From Octopus sinensis (taxonomy: Eukaryota), in the NCBI RefSeq assembly GCF_006345805.1, contig NC_043003.1, positions 40,672,001 to 40,736,000 on the forward strand: a stretch of 64,000 nt of DNA. Reading direction: 5' to 3'. Of this stretch, positions 44,489 to 58,076 are shown in pieces (positions within the stretch are counted from its first letter, which is position 1; every line of letters begins with the position of its first letter). The position numbers and the translations under genes are program-made. Below the pieces are notes generated by a model. It was not told the origin of the DNA. It saw only the letters and a list, made by a program, of their open reading frames with translations, and ran no database searches.

Positions 44489-44949
44489 GCATGTATGTAT
44501 ATAATGCGCGTGTATAATATAAGCGTATATACATGAATATCATTCCGATCAAAGATGATATATATATTACCTATACACGCATACAAAAACATAAGGTATA
44601 CGCACAAACACACTCACACATATAGAGGTAAATATACACACACATGTAATGTAAGTACATTTATACTTAAATATCATATAGATCAAAGAATCATGCTTAC
44701 ACTGAACTGAAATTACTCAAAACCTATGGGTGAGTGTATATACATAAAAATTGATGTAGATCAAAGACAGAAGTGCATAAGAGTATTGATATGACACAAA
44801 TAAACCCTGTAAAGATTCTTTACAACACTAAAAGTAACGAGGGACAATTTACGTTGTCGCTCGTGCTCTAGGAAATAACAGCCAAGTCTTCCTCAAATCG
44901 CTCCCAAAAGATTTGAAAAGGAAAGAACTCGTTCAGTGTGATATATATA

Positions 44950-45028
<79 letters not shown>

Positions 45029-45359
45029 ATATGCGAAAAAAGTTGATAATGCTGCCACAGTTAGAACGTCTTTGATCATTGGGAATGCTAGATGAAGTCT
45101 AACTAGATGCTAAAAAGCATCGACTTTTAATATTATTCACTGATACAACACATTGATACGTACATTCACACAGCCCCAAACACAAACACACACACCACAC
45201 GCACGCACACGCACACACATCTCGGCTATGAGATATACACTCTACTGTGCTGTAAGTAGTAGCCTGCGATGTTGCTTTTTCGAGAGTTGTTACATGCAAA
45301 TTAACTTTGCAGGGAAACTAGTCATTACATTACATAGATCAAAGTTATTAAGTGCATGC

Positions 45360-45392
<33 letters not shown>

Positions 45393-46300
45393 TGTATGTA
45401 TGTACGTATGTATGTATGTATGTATGTATGTATGTATGTATGTATGGATGGATGGATGGATGGATGGATGGATGGATGGGTGTATGTATGTATGTATGGA
45501 TGGATGGATGGATGTATGTATGGATGGATGGATGGATGGATGGATGGATGGATGGATGGGTGTATGTATGTATGTATGTATGGATGGATGTATGTGTATG
45601 TATGTAGTATGTATGTTGTATGTATGGATGGATGGATGGATGGATGGATGGATGATGGATGGTGTATGTATGTAGTATGTATGTGTATGTATGTATGTAT
45701 GGATGATGGATGGATGGATGGATGGATGATGGATGGATGGGTGTATGTATGTATGTATGTATGTATGGATGGATGGATGGATGGATGGTGTATTATGTAT
45801 GTATGTATGGATGGATGATGTATGTATGGATGGATGGATGGATGGATGGATGGATGGATGGATGGATGATGGATGGATGGACGGATGATGGAAGTCCTAC
45901 GTCTGCTGCTCATGTTTAAGATAACAGTCAAGTATGGCATGCGCAGTATGGTATGTATGTATGTATGTATGTATGTATGTATGTATGTATGTATGGATGG
46001 ATGGATGGATGGATGGATGGATGGATGGATGGATGGGTGTATGTATGTATGTATGTATGGATGGATGGATGGATGGTGGATGGATGGATGGGTGTATGTA
46101 TGTATGTATGGATGGATGGATGTATGTATGGATGGATGGATGGATGGATGGATGGATGGACGGATAGATGGAAAGTCCTACGTCTGCTGCTCATGTTTAA
46201 GATAACAGTCAAGTGATGGCATTGCGCATGTATGTACGTATGTATGTATGTATGTATGTATGTATGTATGTACGTACGTATGTATGTATGTATGTATGTA
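45360..46300. repeat. Compound (GTAT)n/(GGAT)n satellite with a duplicated ~45-bp unique insert
   Basis: gtcctacgtctgctgctcatgtttaagataacagtcaagt occurs at about 45894 and 46175. Confidence 0.95.
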
Positions 46301-46409
46301 TTATGTATATATGTGCGTATGAAGTATGATGTGATGCAGCGATCATGAGTTCATATGAGGCTTCACTTCGTGTCGATGTTATTATCTTCTTTAAGAGAGA
46401 GACTGCGTT

Positions 46410-46950
46410 TATGTTATGTTTGTCCCCCGTAGCGCTTAAACGTTCGATATTAACTTGTTTACGTCCCCATAACGTGGCGGTTCGGCAAAGGAACCAACAA
46501 AGTAGGTACGGTGCTTGAAAATAAGCAGTTAGGTTCATGATTGTTCGGCTAAACCTGTCAAGCGGTGCATCAATAAGGCTGCAGTTCAATGGCGGAGACA
46601 AGTAAAAGATAAAAAAGATAAAAGAATAGCAACAACTAGGCGTAGGAGTGGCTGTGTGGTAAGTAGCTTGCTTACCAACCACATGGTTCCGGGTTCAGTC
46701 CCACTGCGTGGCACCTTTGCCGAGTGTCTTTTACTATAGCCTCGGGCAGACCAAAACCTTGTGAGCAGATTTGGTAGACGGAAACTGAAAGAAGCCCGTC
46801 GTATATATGTACTAGGCTTACAAAGGAGCCTGTCATATATATGTACTAGGCTTACAAAGAATAAGTCCTGGGGTCGATTTGCTCGACTAAAGGTGGTGCT
46901 CCAGCATGGCCACAGTCAAATGACTGAAACAAGTAAAAGACTAAAAGACT
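46410..46950 (+). mobile_element. Two adjacent SINE family A pieces (3' half 46410-46627; internally deleted copy 46639-46950)
   Basis: Family A body and tail twice; short local duplication atatatgtactaggcttacaaag. Confidence 0.8.
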
Positions 46951-47241
46951 AACCACAACAATATAAGTAATGACGAAAGAAGCAGCATAAAGATTTATAC
47001 AATTAACAATATCACAGCTCCAGCAACAGTAACAGCAGCATCAGCAGCAGCAGTAGCAACAACAACAACAACAGTGACAACAAAAACAACAAATAAAACA
47101 GCAGCAGTAGCAGCAGCTACAACAACAGCAACAACGACAACGAAAACAACGCCAATAATATTAACGACAAAAGAATGAATTTAATTGCAAAAATTCTTAA
47201 GCGATAAAAAAAAATGGAATTGTTTATTGCTGTGTATGTAT

Positions 47242-48765
47242 GAGGGTGATGCAAAAAAGGGGGCAAAAAAAATTTGTTTTTCAATTTTCAGGGAGACACC
47301 CTCCTATTTAATCATATTCCTAAGAAAGCATTGCATGCGAAATTTGGGGTTGAAAGGGAGAAAATTAGATGTTGCTAGCAAGCTATAAAAAGTAATGTAT
47401 ATCAGTTCGTGCTCAAAAATATCGTTTTGTTGATATCTTCGCCTGAACCGGTTTGATACGTACCTAGTTAACCTAGTTTGAAAAATGTCAATGACATTCT
47501 AGGCTACTGTACTAGGCTAATTCTAGGCTAATGTACAGCGAATAGCGCGTTAGCATTCTATTATGTGGAAGGTTCCCTAGTAGGCATATCATAACCACGT
47601 ATGTAAGTTTATTTATTTTTTTTTTTTGTGTGAAGCAAAGAGTAATGTTTTCTTGTTTTTGCTTGAGAGTGACGACCTGTAACTTTTAACAATTTGAAGA
47701 AGGTATTGTTTCTGCTCTTCATCATTTCATATCAGTTTGTTGTATTCCTCCATCAGTCGTACACCTCTTTCCACAATGTCGTTTACCACTCTGAGTCCAT
47801 ATGCGATATCTCTCGCATTCGCATTACTTCCATCATCATTCCATTCTTCAGCATCTTTTTCAAGAAAAGTGCAAGGCACATCTAGGATTTCAACGAAACT
47901 TTTTGTGTTGGCAGTAAAGAAATCCTGCAGTTGTTTCTGTCTAGCTGATTCAGGATTTATTGATGTTCGTTTGCTCGGTTTTGTGTCAACTGGTTCCTGC
48001 AGAACATGCTTCATTTTGCTGTTTGTCTAATGTGAAACAGCTGAATCAAAAAATGCAAGCACCACAAGTTCCTCGGTGAGGTACCACAACTGTCTCAAAA
48101 ATTTATTGAGTGCAGCACTTGCAATTTTGTCACCTTTTTGCTTGTAGAGCTGCAGACAAAATGCAAGTCTGAACGGGGAGCACATGAGGGCATGGATGCC
48201 AGGTACCATGATCTGATATATATCACAGCTGAAAAGCAGCAGAGATTTAAACATCCAAATTTTAATGAAGTAAATTAGCTTGGCCATCCATCGTGCTCTG
48301 TGACAAGCTCCGGGTGCTTTAAAACTGATTCCTGACTAGGGAGTACTACCGAGGAAATTGAGCATTAGCTCGAGCAATTCCTTCTAATCATCACGAGGCT
48401 GCTGCCCATCAAACTGGACTTGAGCAAATTGAATGATTTCTTCAGCATCTGAGATTTTCTCTGCAATGTTAGGGTCATCTGTGGTTGTTTGGTAATTGTT
48501 CTTGTCAATTTCCACCCACTTTGCTTTGAATCACTTAAACAGTTGTATGTCAGGACCAGTAGAAGATGGCAAAGAGAGACAGAAAATGTACAATAAATAC
48601 AAACTGAAAAATAACAATATGCAAAATGTTCAGTGGATCGTAGCAACCTCTAAAATGACTTCAATTGTGCTGAAGTTTTGCGTGTTGAGTTTTTGCAGTA
48701 AATGAAATTAAAATTAGAGGGTGTCTTCGAGTTTTTGAAATGATAAATTATTTTGCATCGCCCTA
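47242..48765 (-). mobile_element. Internally deleted hAT-superfamily DNA transposon (hATm-like, tentative)
   Basis: 15-bp TIRs (G/T)AGGG(T/C)GATGCAAAA; 8-bp TSD GTATGTAT at 47234-47241 and 48766-48773. Confidence 0.85.
47700..48560 (-). pseudogene. hAT-type transposase C-terminal pseudogene
   Basis: QPRDD*KELLEL, KAPGACHRARWMAKLIYFIKIW, QLWYLTEELVVLAFFD, LRVVNDIVERGVRLMEEYN; stops and frameshifts present. Confidence 0.8.
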
Positions 48766-48958
48766 GTATGTATTTATATATGTAAATGAATAGGCATGTT
48801 TGCATATGCGTGCGAATGGATATACCTAAATAGATATATACATACATACCTACATACACGAAGGCGCGTGCGAACTCACACACTCATATATTGCTTATCC
48901 CTCCATAGATTTATCAGTATACTGTATCTGTCTCTGTATAGATATGTATATACGTACC

Positions 48959-49007
<49 letters not shown>

Positions 49008-49014
49008 ATGTGTG

Positions 49015-49046
<32 letters not shown>

Positions 49047-49061
49047 GTGTGTGTGTGTTTG

Positions 49062-49092
<31 letters not shown>

Positions 49093-49763
49093 ATTATATG
49101 CATGCAAGCGTTCATTATTGTACAATTGAATATGTATATGTATTAATGAGTATGTATGTATGTATATGTGTGTATGTATATTACACACATTTACGTACAC
49201 CTGTATGTGTATGTATGTGTATGTATGTGTATGTATGTGTATGTGCGCGCTCGCATGTGTGAGTGTCTGCGAGTTTATGTGTATATTCGTGCGCATTTGG
49301 AAATACGTATACGTAAACTTAGGCTGGATATCTGAAATAATATGAAACTTTGTAAGATCGTAGAGGTTTTGGCAGTTAATCCGAAACGATGACAGCTATA
49401 AGTACCTTAATATCGTCAGGAACTTATCAAGGACATTATTAATGAATTCCTACTGACCACTGACAGCAGACACATTTCTCAGAATTGGAAGTGCAGTCGG
49501 TGCTATGCCCTCAGAAGCAAAACAACAAACCTGATCTCCATATTTATTTATATTGCTCTGCAACTCTTTCAGCGTCTGTAGAATAATTCTCTGCCACTTC
49601 GTGGAAATAGTAATTAGCATCTCTTGCTGATATATTTCTTGTTTGAAAAGAATAAAACTAAATATTTTGCGGCAGTGCAGTAAAGAGATATGGTGAGTTG
49701 CTGTCGCCCATTCAAACATTCTCTTATGAATTCCACAACTATAAGCGGTATCTTACAGGGAAC

Positions 49764-49794
<31 letters not shown>

Positions 49795-49820
49795 TATGTG
49801 TTTGTGTATATTATATATAT

Positions 49821-49913
<93 letters not shown>

Positions 49914-50249
49914 AGGTAAAGATTCCTTTATGTCCTGAATGATATTGCGATTGCTCTTAGAATATTCCCCTCCGAGGTACAAGTCCGAGCAAGGTTGTTT
50001 ATAGAAGACCAACAGTCGCCGATACATACAAGTCTGCCCTCTCAACGACACCGATGTTATCCAAGAGAAAGGCAAAAGCTGATATAGCTTGGCACTGGTG
50101 ACGTTCCAATTCATTCTTACAGCTGAGTGAACTGGAGTAACGTGAAATAAAGTTTCTTGCTCAAGAACACAATACACAGCCTGGTCCGGAATTCGAACTC
50201 ACAACCTTACGATTGTAAGCACGACACTCTCACCTTGAGCCATACGCCT
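49914..50249 (-). mobile_element. tRNA-derived SINE of a fourth family
   Basis: Reverse complement ggcgtatggctcaaggtgagag...gagttcgaattcc head, then a CORE-like gtgttcttgagcaagaaac segment and a long tail. Confidence 0.7.
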
Positions 50250-51276
50250 TCACACACGCACGCGCGCCTAGATACGCACACACTCATATATTTTTTATAC
50301 ATATTGCTATTTAACCCTCCAACCAGCGAAGTATATATATGTGTATCGACACTATATATTTACACATATTATCTCATGTGCGTGCGGGTATGCATATGCA
50401 TACATACATATGTATATTTGGGTTGGATATGAATCAATGGATTCTTGTATAAATCCTGTATTGAAACAGAAACTCATATTAACTGAAGGGCAAAAACTGC
50501 ATAAGATACCTTACAGCAAATGCATTGACGGTTGCATGGTTTCTTCAATTTGCGACGAGATAAGGATGATTACATGGACAATATGTAAAAGAAAATGATT
50601 CTGTAATGTAAAAAAGCATACAGCAAAGTTGTAAATTGTTGAAAGAATTCTTTAAAAGAAACACGTGACGATATACATTCGACTATACACGCCAATGTGA
50701 ATCAATGTGAAGGATATCTTGCAGATGGTTACACAACTATACATAACATAATATGTTTGTTTAGATTTTTGTGTTTCAGTAAACTTAATGCAAAAATGTA
50801 GTCGCCAACGGAATAATAGAGCAAAAGATGAGCAGATTATAATTCTGACCTTTACTATGGATATATAGTATCTTAATGTCAGACATGCATTTTAGAAAAA
50901 AATAAATAAATAAAGAAGTTTTTAAACAATTAAATTATTTTGATACGCTTTCTTCCCTTATATGAAAATGCATTGATCAACTGCCTATGTAGTGGTACAA
51001 CAATATGTCAAGCTCGATAATACTAATGATGAAAATCTTCCATAGTGCCCTTGTATTAATACTGATGTCAAGTTTTGGAGAAATGCTAGTAATTTCGACG
51101 CCGCTAAAATAACGTAGGAATTTTCAATCGTGAATAGGCGAGATTGTTAGAGTTTTGAAATACAAAAGTTCTGTGATATTTGTTTTAGAACCTAACTTTC
51201 ACAAGCATCGTCTGTGACTGCAGTGGTCGTAAACGATTTTTGAAGCCGTGTTTTTTCCTTGGACAATATATGTATG

Positions 51277-51319
<43 letters not shown>

Positions 51320-51334
51320 TATATATATATATAT

Positions 51335-51545
51335 AGTTAATCCAAACATGAAAACACAAAGAGAAAACACAACAACGCGAGGACGTGGAACAAATATAGT
51401 ATTATTGGACGCTCAGGAAAGAAGGAAAGAAGGAGGGTTAGCGTTTCGAGCGGAGCTCTTCGTCGGAAACATAGGAGAAGGAAAGATCCAGAGAAGGGAA
51501 GACAGAGGAAAAAAATCGCCAACGGTACACATGCGGTCACATTTC
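51335..51545 (-). mobile_element. PLE pLTR 3' end of the same family as 40130-40372 and 59330-59660
   Basis: Reverse complement tttccgACGAAGAGCTCCGCTCGAAACGCT...ttcctgagcgtccaataatac, ending in (TA)n. Confidence 0.65.
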
Positions 51546-51561
51546 GAAGTATATATATATA

Positions 51562-51635
<74 letters not shown>

Positions 51636-51639
<4 letters not shown>

Positions 51640-52961
51640 AATGAAATAAAACATATGCATATATATAAACATATACGTACGTACCTACCTCTACATGTAC
51701 ATATACACGCATATATGAGTACAGGACACCAAAGGGACGTCGAACACAAAGAGAAACGAAAACATAGACACAAACCAAAGGAACTGGACATTTTTTTAAA
51801 AACAAAAAAAAATGGAGTACAGGACAATTAGCACAAAGAAAAACCCCTTCTTCAGTCGCTATGGTTTCATCTACTCTACGAAGGATAAAAGCGAGACGTA
51901 TCTTCGACAAGAAACTTTCCTTCCTGCGAAAAGCAAATCAATTAAAATTCTGAGATCTTTTCGCAGAGGGGTAAAAAATGGTAAAAAAATGGTAAAAAAA
52001 CAGGACAGTAACGACAGTACAAAAATATAAACAGTAAAAGACAGGACAGGGAAAAACAAGATAAGAAGGGCTGTTGACGCCGAACGAAAAAAAGTATTGC
52101 AAACGCAGAATTTTTTGTGAACGACAGGGGAGCAGGAAGAATGTCGTCCGTTACCTTGAAAGGCCAGGCCAGAAAGACAGTCAGAGCGGAAGTATCGTCG
52201 CGGGTGGACGACGGGAAGGGGAGAGGAGGAGCAAGAGGAAGGGAGAGAAGAAGGGGAATGGCTGCGAGGAAACCATGAAGAATTGTGAGGGGGAGAGAGA
52301 GAGTGAAGAATGAGAGAGAGAGGAAGAGACAAGTTAAGTAGAGGAAAAAGGAAATCAAAGACTAGGGATGGGACAGAAAGGTGAAGAGTGCGCGTCAGAG
52401 TTAATGGGGGAGAGAGAAAGTGAAGAATGAGAGAGAGAGGAAGAGACAAGTTAAGTAGAGGAAAAAGAAAATCAAAGAATAGGGATGGGACAGAAATGTG
52501 AAGAGTGCGCGTCAGAGTTAATATCAAGACCAAAACTTGATATACAGAAGAATCTTACTTAAGCGGGTGCGTGCGTTTAGTCATATAATATATTAATAAA
52601 TGAAATAAAACATATGCATATATATAAACATATATGTACGTACCTACCTCTACATGTACATATACACGCATATATGAGTACAGGACACCAAAGGGACGTC
52701 GAACACAAAGAGAAACGAAAACATAGACACAACCAAAGGAACGGGACATTTTTTTAAAAAAAACAAAAAAAATGGTACGTAAGGACAATTAACACAAAGA
52801 AAAACCCTTCTTCAGTCGCTATGGTTTCATCTACTCTACGAAGGATAAAGCGAGACGTATCTTCGACAAGAAACTTTCCTTCCTGCGAAAAGCAAATCAA
52901 TTAAAATTCTGAGATCTTTTCGAGCAGAGGGGTAAAAAATGGTAAAAAAATGGTAAAAAAA
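51636..52961 (-). mobile_element. PLE-derived element with two ~365-bp direct pLTRs (51636-52000 and 52595-52961)
   Basis: Near-identical direct repeats 959 bp apart. The interior holds a 117-bp tandem duplication (52289-52522) and a decayed GIY-YIG C-terminus (DTSALTVF-GLAFQGN...GVNSP, about 52065-52200). Confidence 0.8.
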
Positions 52962-53067
52962 CATATTATGTATGTTTGTGTATGTATATATATGTTTGTA
53001 TATATCAATATATATACATGTACATATATATATATATATATCTATTATATACATCTATGTGCATATT

Positions 53068-53103
<36 letters not shown>

Positions 53104-53223
53104 TAATAGAAGGGTAACATTTATTAATTAATTTAATTAATTAATTAATCAATTAACAAATTTTACCAAGTAGATCGGTACGTTAAAATAACCTTTATAA
53201 GTAAAATTATCCACATAATTATA

Positions 53224-53316
53224 CTTCACCGCATGCCGTAATTAGAAAAAGAAGTTAGAAATTCCTTTTCTACTACTTTATTTAACTCCTTTTTCTAATT
53301 TCGCTGTGTGGTGAAG
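53224..53316. repeat. 93-nt imperfect hairpin with ~36-bp arms
   Basis: cttcaccgcatgccgtaattagaaaaagaagtta vs reverse complement cttcaccacacagcgaaattagaaaaaggagtta. Confidence 0.8.
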
Positions 53317-53364
53317 CAGTTAGCGACCCCTAATTATAATTATATATATATATACATATATATA

Positions 53365-53418
<54 letters not shown>

Positions 53419-53972
53419 GAGAGAAAGTGAGAGAGACAGATAGAGAGAAAGAGAGAGACTATTCTGGGAATGTTTCGCTTTGAGAATCATCTCCATTACA
53501 CGACAGTCTATTCACTGCAACTAATTCTTCTATCAATGATTCGTATATATTTGTAATCGGGTTGACGTATTGTGTCAAATGGCATGCGATAAATATGGCG
53601 GATTTCACCATCTGCTAATTCATGTTAATGATCAATTTCGTGTGTAAATTTGTACATTTTGAAAACATTTGATGCGATTTCAAAACAGGACATTAAATCA
53701 AAAGAAAAATTGACTTTCTCTTCAACGACAGATAGAAGTTGTACGATGATGTGGTTAAAACAATACAACACTACCAATGTTTTGACGTAACCAATTTGTC
53801 GGACCTACCTCTTGAGATTAGTATTAATTCAGTCGAGATTTTTTCTGAACGCTGAAATATTGCAGTATAAGGTAAAAGTTTTCAACTTCATATTTCTTTA
53901 ATTTTACTCCTCCCTATCTTATTACTGAATTACTTTCCCCCATTCGTACACATGGACATACAACGGCATACG

Positions 53973-54055
<83 letters not shown>

Positions 54056-54423
54056 ATTTCTATCTATTTGGGTTCGCATATAAGCATGAATATATGTTAT
54101 TAACAGTTGAAATATTGAAACTTTTATCAAAGCAACAGCAACAACAACTACAATAATAATAATGATAATAAAAATAATAATGATAATAATAATAATAAAA
54201 ATAATAATAATAATAACAATAATGATAATGATAATAATAATGATTAAAAATGTTTATGAATAATTCTATTTATTCATTCCTAAACCCACATACATAATGT
54301 ATATGCACACACATACACATCCTCTCTCTTTCTTATGCAATACGCTATCAAACCCATATACAATCATGCAGACAGAAGATTACAAATACATACACAGCAA
54401 GCACACATTCACATTCATAAGCA

Positions 54424-54462
<39 letters not shown>

Positions 54463-55442
54463 GCCCTCGTATGGCTGTTTCCTTCATCAAAGTGGGGGAG
54501 AACATTGAGAAGTCCTTACTAAAATCGTATATTCCTATTAATTGAAATTATAACAGTGGATATGGCGCAACACGTTCTCGTTTCCGAAGTGAATACTGAA
54601 TGTTTTAAAACAGACACTATATTTGATTTAGCAAGTACCAGTTAAGGGTTAACTGGATTGATCTTCATTTGCTTCCTGTTGCATTAATTTTGTATAAAGG
54701 AAAAGATGAAAGGAAAAGTGAGACTAACTGGATACAAAATTTGAATAGTGATGTATGTAATTGCATACTGTTAACTCAAATACTTCAGACAGAGAACGCT
54801 CAACCTGCGATACTTAGAGGAAATAACCACCGTGAACAATGTAGAGGGTGTTGAACGAGCACTGAAATTCCTGTATATCCAGTATCCGAAATACGTTTGT
54901 TATGTCTGTGCATTACACAGCCTTCTAGTTCAACTGCCCCTAAAACGAGAAGCAATTATTTGCAAGCACTTTTTCCCACACCTCATTTATGAAACACGGT
55001 GGTTCTGTTAACCGTACACTGGTGATAAAGTACCCCACATTTCATGTCTATTTTGCTTACAATTTCTCCACTGTACATTTAAGGTAAATATCTTCTAAAA
55101 ATGACGGTTTCCTCTTCATTAATCACATTACCGTTGATTTACTTCTAGACACATAGACATTTTGAATACAGTAGAAGAGAAAAAACTCGGTTTGTTTTAG
55201 GCACAAACATCGCCAGTGAAATAGATATCCATGACGAGGGAAGGCTTCAACACCCGAGGTAGCACTACATACAATGCAAAAGTATGAGATGATGGAATGC
55301 ATTTCTTCGTAGTCCTGTTTGATCAGGGCTAAACAACTAATAATATTTGAAAAACATTTTGGAGATCGTGAAAATAAAGAAACAGCAGATTTTATCATCA
55401 TCAACATCATCATTATTATTATTATTGTTATTATTATTATTA

Positions 55443-55737
55443 CTTTTTTTTTCTCTTCTTTCAAATTTGCTTCCATTTCTTGCCGAGTGTCTTCCCGACT
55501 CCTAGGGCAAAGAAACTCATAGTATACATTGGTAGGCCAATAAACCAAACTCAATAGTTCGTTCTTTTTTTTTTTTTAAGTTAAATTAAAATACATGAGC
55601 AGCAACAGTTCTCACATCGACAATGCTCTTCTCAATACGTGTGATGTACCAGTTAAGACAATCTTTTGCACTTCTTGCAGGGATGGTAAGCCAGGGATCA
55701 TTCTCATATAATTTTCGGTTCCCTTCTTGATCATTCC

Positions 55738-55738
<1 letters not shown>
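55443..55738 (-). mobile_element. 5'-truncated R4/Dong-like LINE 3' end embedded in (TAA)n
   Basis: C-terminal peptide GMIKKGTENYMRMIPGLPSLQEVQKIVLTGTSHVLRRALSM* plus 3' UTR; (TAA)n-type repeats on both sides. Confidence 0.75.
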
Positions 55739-55788
<50 letters not shown>

Positions 55789-55811
55789 CATCATCATCAT
55801 CATCATTATTA

Positions 55812-55850
<39 letters not shown>

Positions 55851-55893
55851 TATTATTATCATCATTATTATTATTATTATTATTATCATTTAC

Positions 55894-56095
55894 GCGGTGA
55901 GCTGCCTGAAATGTTAGTAAGCTGGACAAAGTAATCAGTTGGATTTCGTTCCACTTTACGTCCTGAGTTCAAATTCCACCGAATTTCAATCCTTTCACGG
56001 TCGATAAAATATGTATGAGTTGAACACTGGGGTCGATGTAATCCACTAAATCACTTCTTTCGTAGTTGCTGGACTAGTACCAAAATTAGAAAAAA
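55894..56095 (+). mobile_element. SINE family B, diverged
   Basis: gcggtgagctg...gagttcaaattccaccg...ggggtcgatgtaatc. Confidence 0.7.
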
Positions 56096-57599
56096 AAATT
56101 ACTATCAATTATTATCAGAACTGTTTGGGCGTCCGACAGAAATGTTAGCTGTATTGCTCTTTGCGTTTCTGAAACTCCCGTGAAGTTCCTCACTGGATCG
56201 TTTGTTACATAGACAAAGAAGTATACTCTTGAAATCTCCAGCTATTTGTGGGAAGTCAAACTAAGTATCGATTCGGTCAGTTGAAATTTGCGTAGACTTC
56301 ACATCATTTCAGCATTTGGAAAATATCTGGACAGAAACTTTTCATTTTTATTATTATTATTCTTTCTTTCTTTTTGTGTTTTTACTTTTCCTTTGTTTGG
56401 TACGAAGATAAAAGATGTCACTAATGTCAGTATAATAATCAGATTAAACGAAAAGAAATTTAGTAACCGGAGGAATAAGTTTGATTCCTTCAGCAATTGA
56501 ATAATATAAGCTCTGAGGGAAAAACATGTAGCTACTATGATTGTCTTCGGTGAATGACATTAATAATGTATCAAACTGGGAAGAATACACCGCCGCCAAC
56601 TATGAGAGAGTTAGTGAAGAGATCAGAAACCGTATTAACAAAAGCCCAGTAGATGCCTCTAAGCCATCTCCGCTGTAATAATAGTCGTCGTTTATGTGAA
56701 AGCACGCATAACCCATATAACATACAATCAGTGACTATCAGTAAAACCAAGCATGCTGTGATTCTTACGGGCATATCAAAGAAAACAATATACAAAATTA
56801 CTGACAAGAGGCTGTCTTTAGATGACAGACGAATGGTCAGTTTGAAAAATGAAAATGTCGGTTCAATATACAGTATTAAAAATTATTAAAATTATAGAAA
56901 ATATAAGAAGGAGATATTGATTTAAATTGATTCACTACAGGACTAAATGATGCGAGTCCAGTAAAATACTGATCGAATATTTGTCGGTATAAATTAAACG
57001 TGTTTTACTGGAATTGGTATATCGAACTTGAGGGACAAAAATTACACCAGATGTGAGCTGCAATTTTCTATTGATTGTGATGAGACCTAATATCCAATGT
57101 TTCAACTTGTAATCGATTGAACACCCTCTACCGAAATTGCTGGCCTTGTACTAAAATCTTGAAAACAATATACCTGCTAATTAATCAATTAAATTCATTA
57201 GCGTGAATATATTATAAGTACGTGCGGGTGCTCGTACACACACGCACGCGCACACACACACACACGCACGCACACACACACACACACATATTAATAAAGA
57301 ATAAAGCTCCTTCTCGAGTTCCAAAAACTCATAGGGCCAGTTTTCTGAATTCTTCTGGCGCATACGCTTTAATATATATAATCCCCAATGGCCTCCTGAC
57401 AGTCACAGGAATACTCATTTTTGCCAGCTGAATTGCTGAGAGCAGAGTGAAATGAAGTCTTTTTCTCCAGAGGACAACGCCTCGCCCGGTCTAGAGATCG
57501 TAACTACACTTCTACGCTCATGAATCCAATATGATAACCGTTAAGTCACGCAGCTCTATGAATACAACCCCCCCCCCCACACACACACACATGAACGTA

Positions 57600-57952
<353 letters not shown>

Positions 57953-57954
57953 CA

Positions 57955-57985
<31 letters not shown>

Positions 57986-58028
57986 GCATACATACATATA
58001 TACAATACATACACACACACATGCGCAC

Positions 58029-58076
<48 letters not shown>

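Noticed and set aside
45153-46216. Long ORFs (up to 221 aa) and a repeat-spacer look resembling CRISPR
   Set aside because: Tetranucleotide satellite in a eukaryote; the unique insert is duplicated rather than variable, and there are no cas genes.
56540-56690. Short open frame NDINNVSNWEEYTAANYERVSEEIRNRINKSPVDASKPSPL*
   Set aside because: Preceded by an in-frame stop with no usable start or acceptor; possibly a TE remnant.
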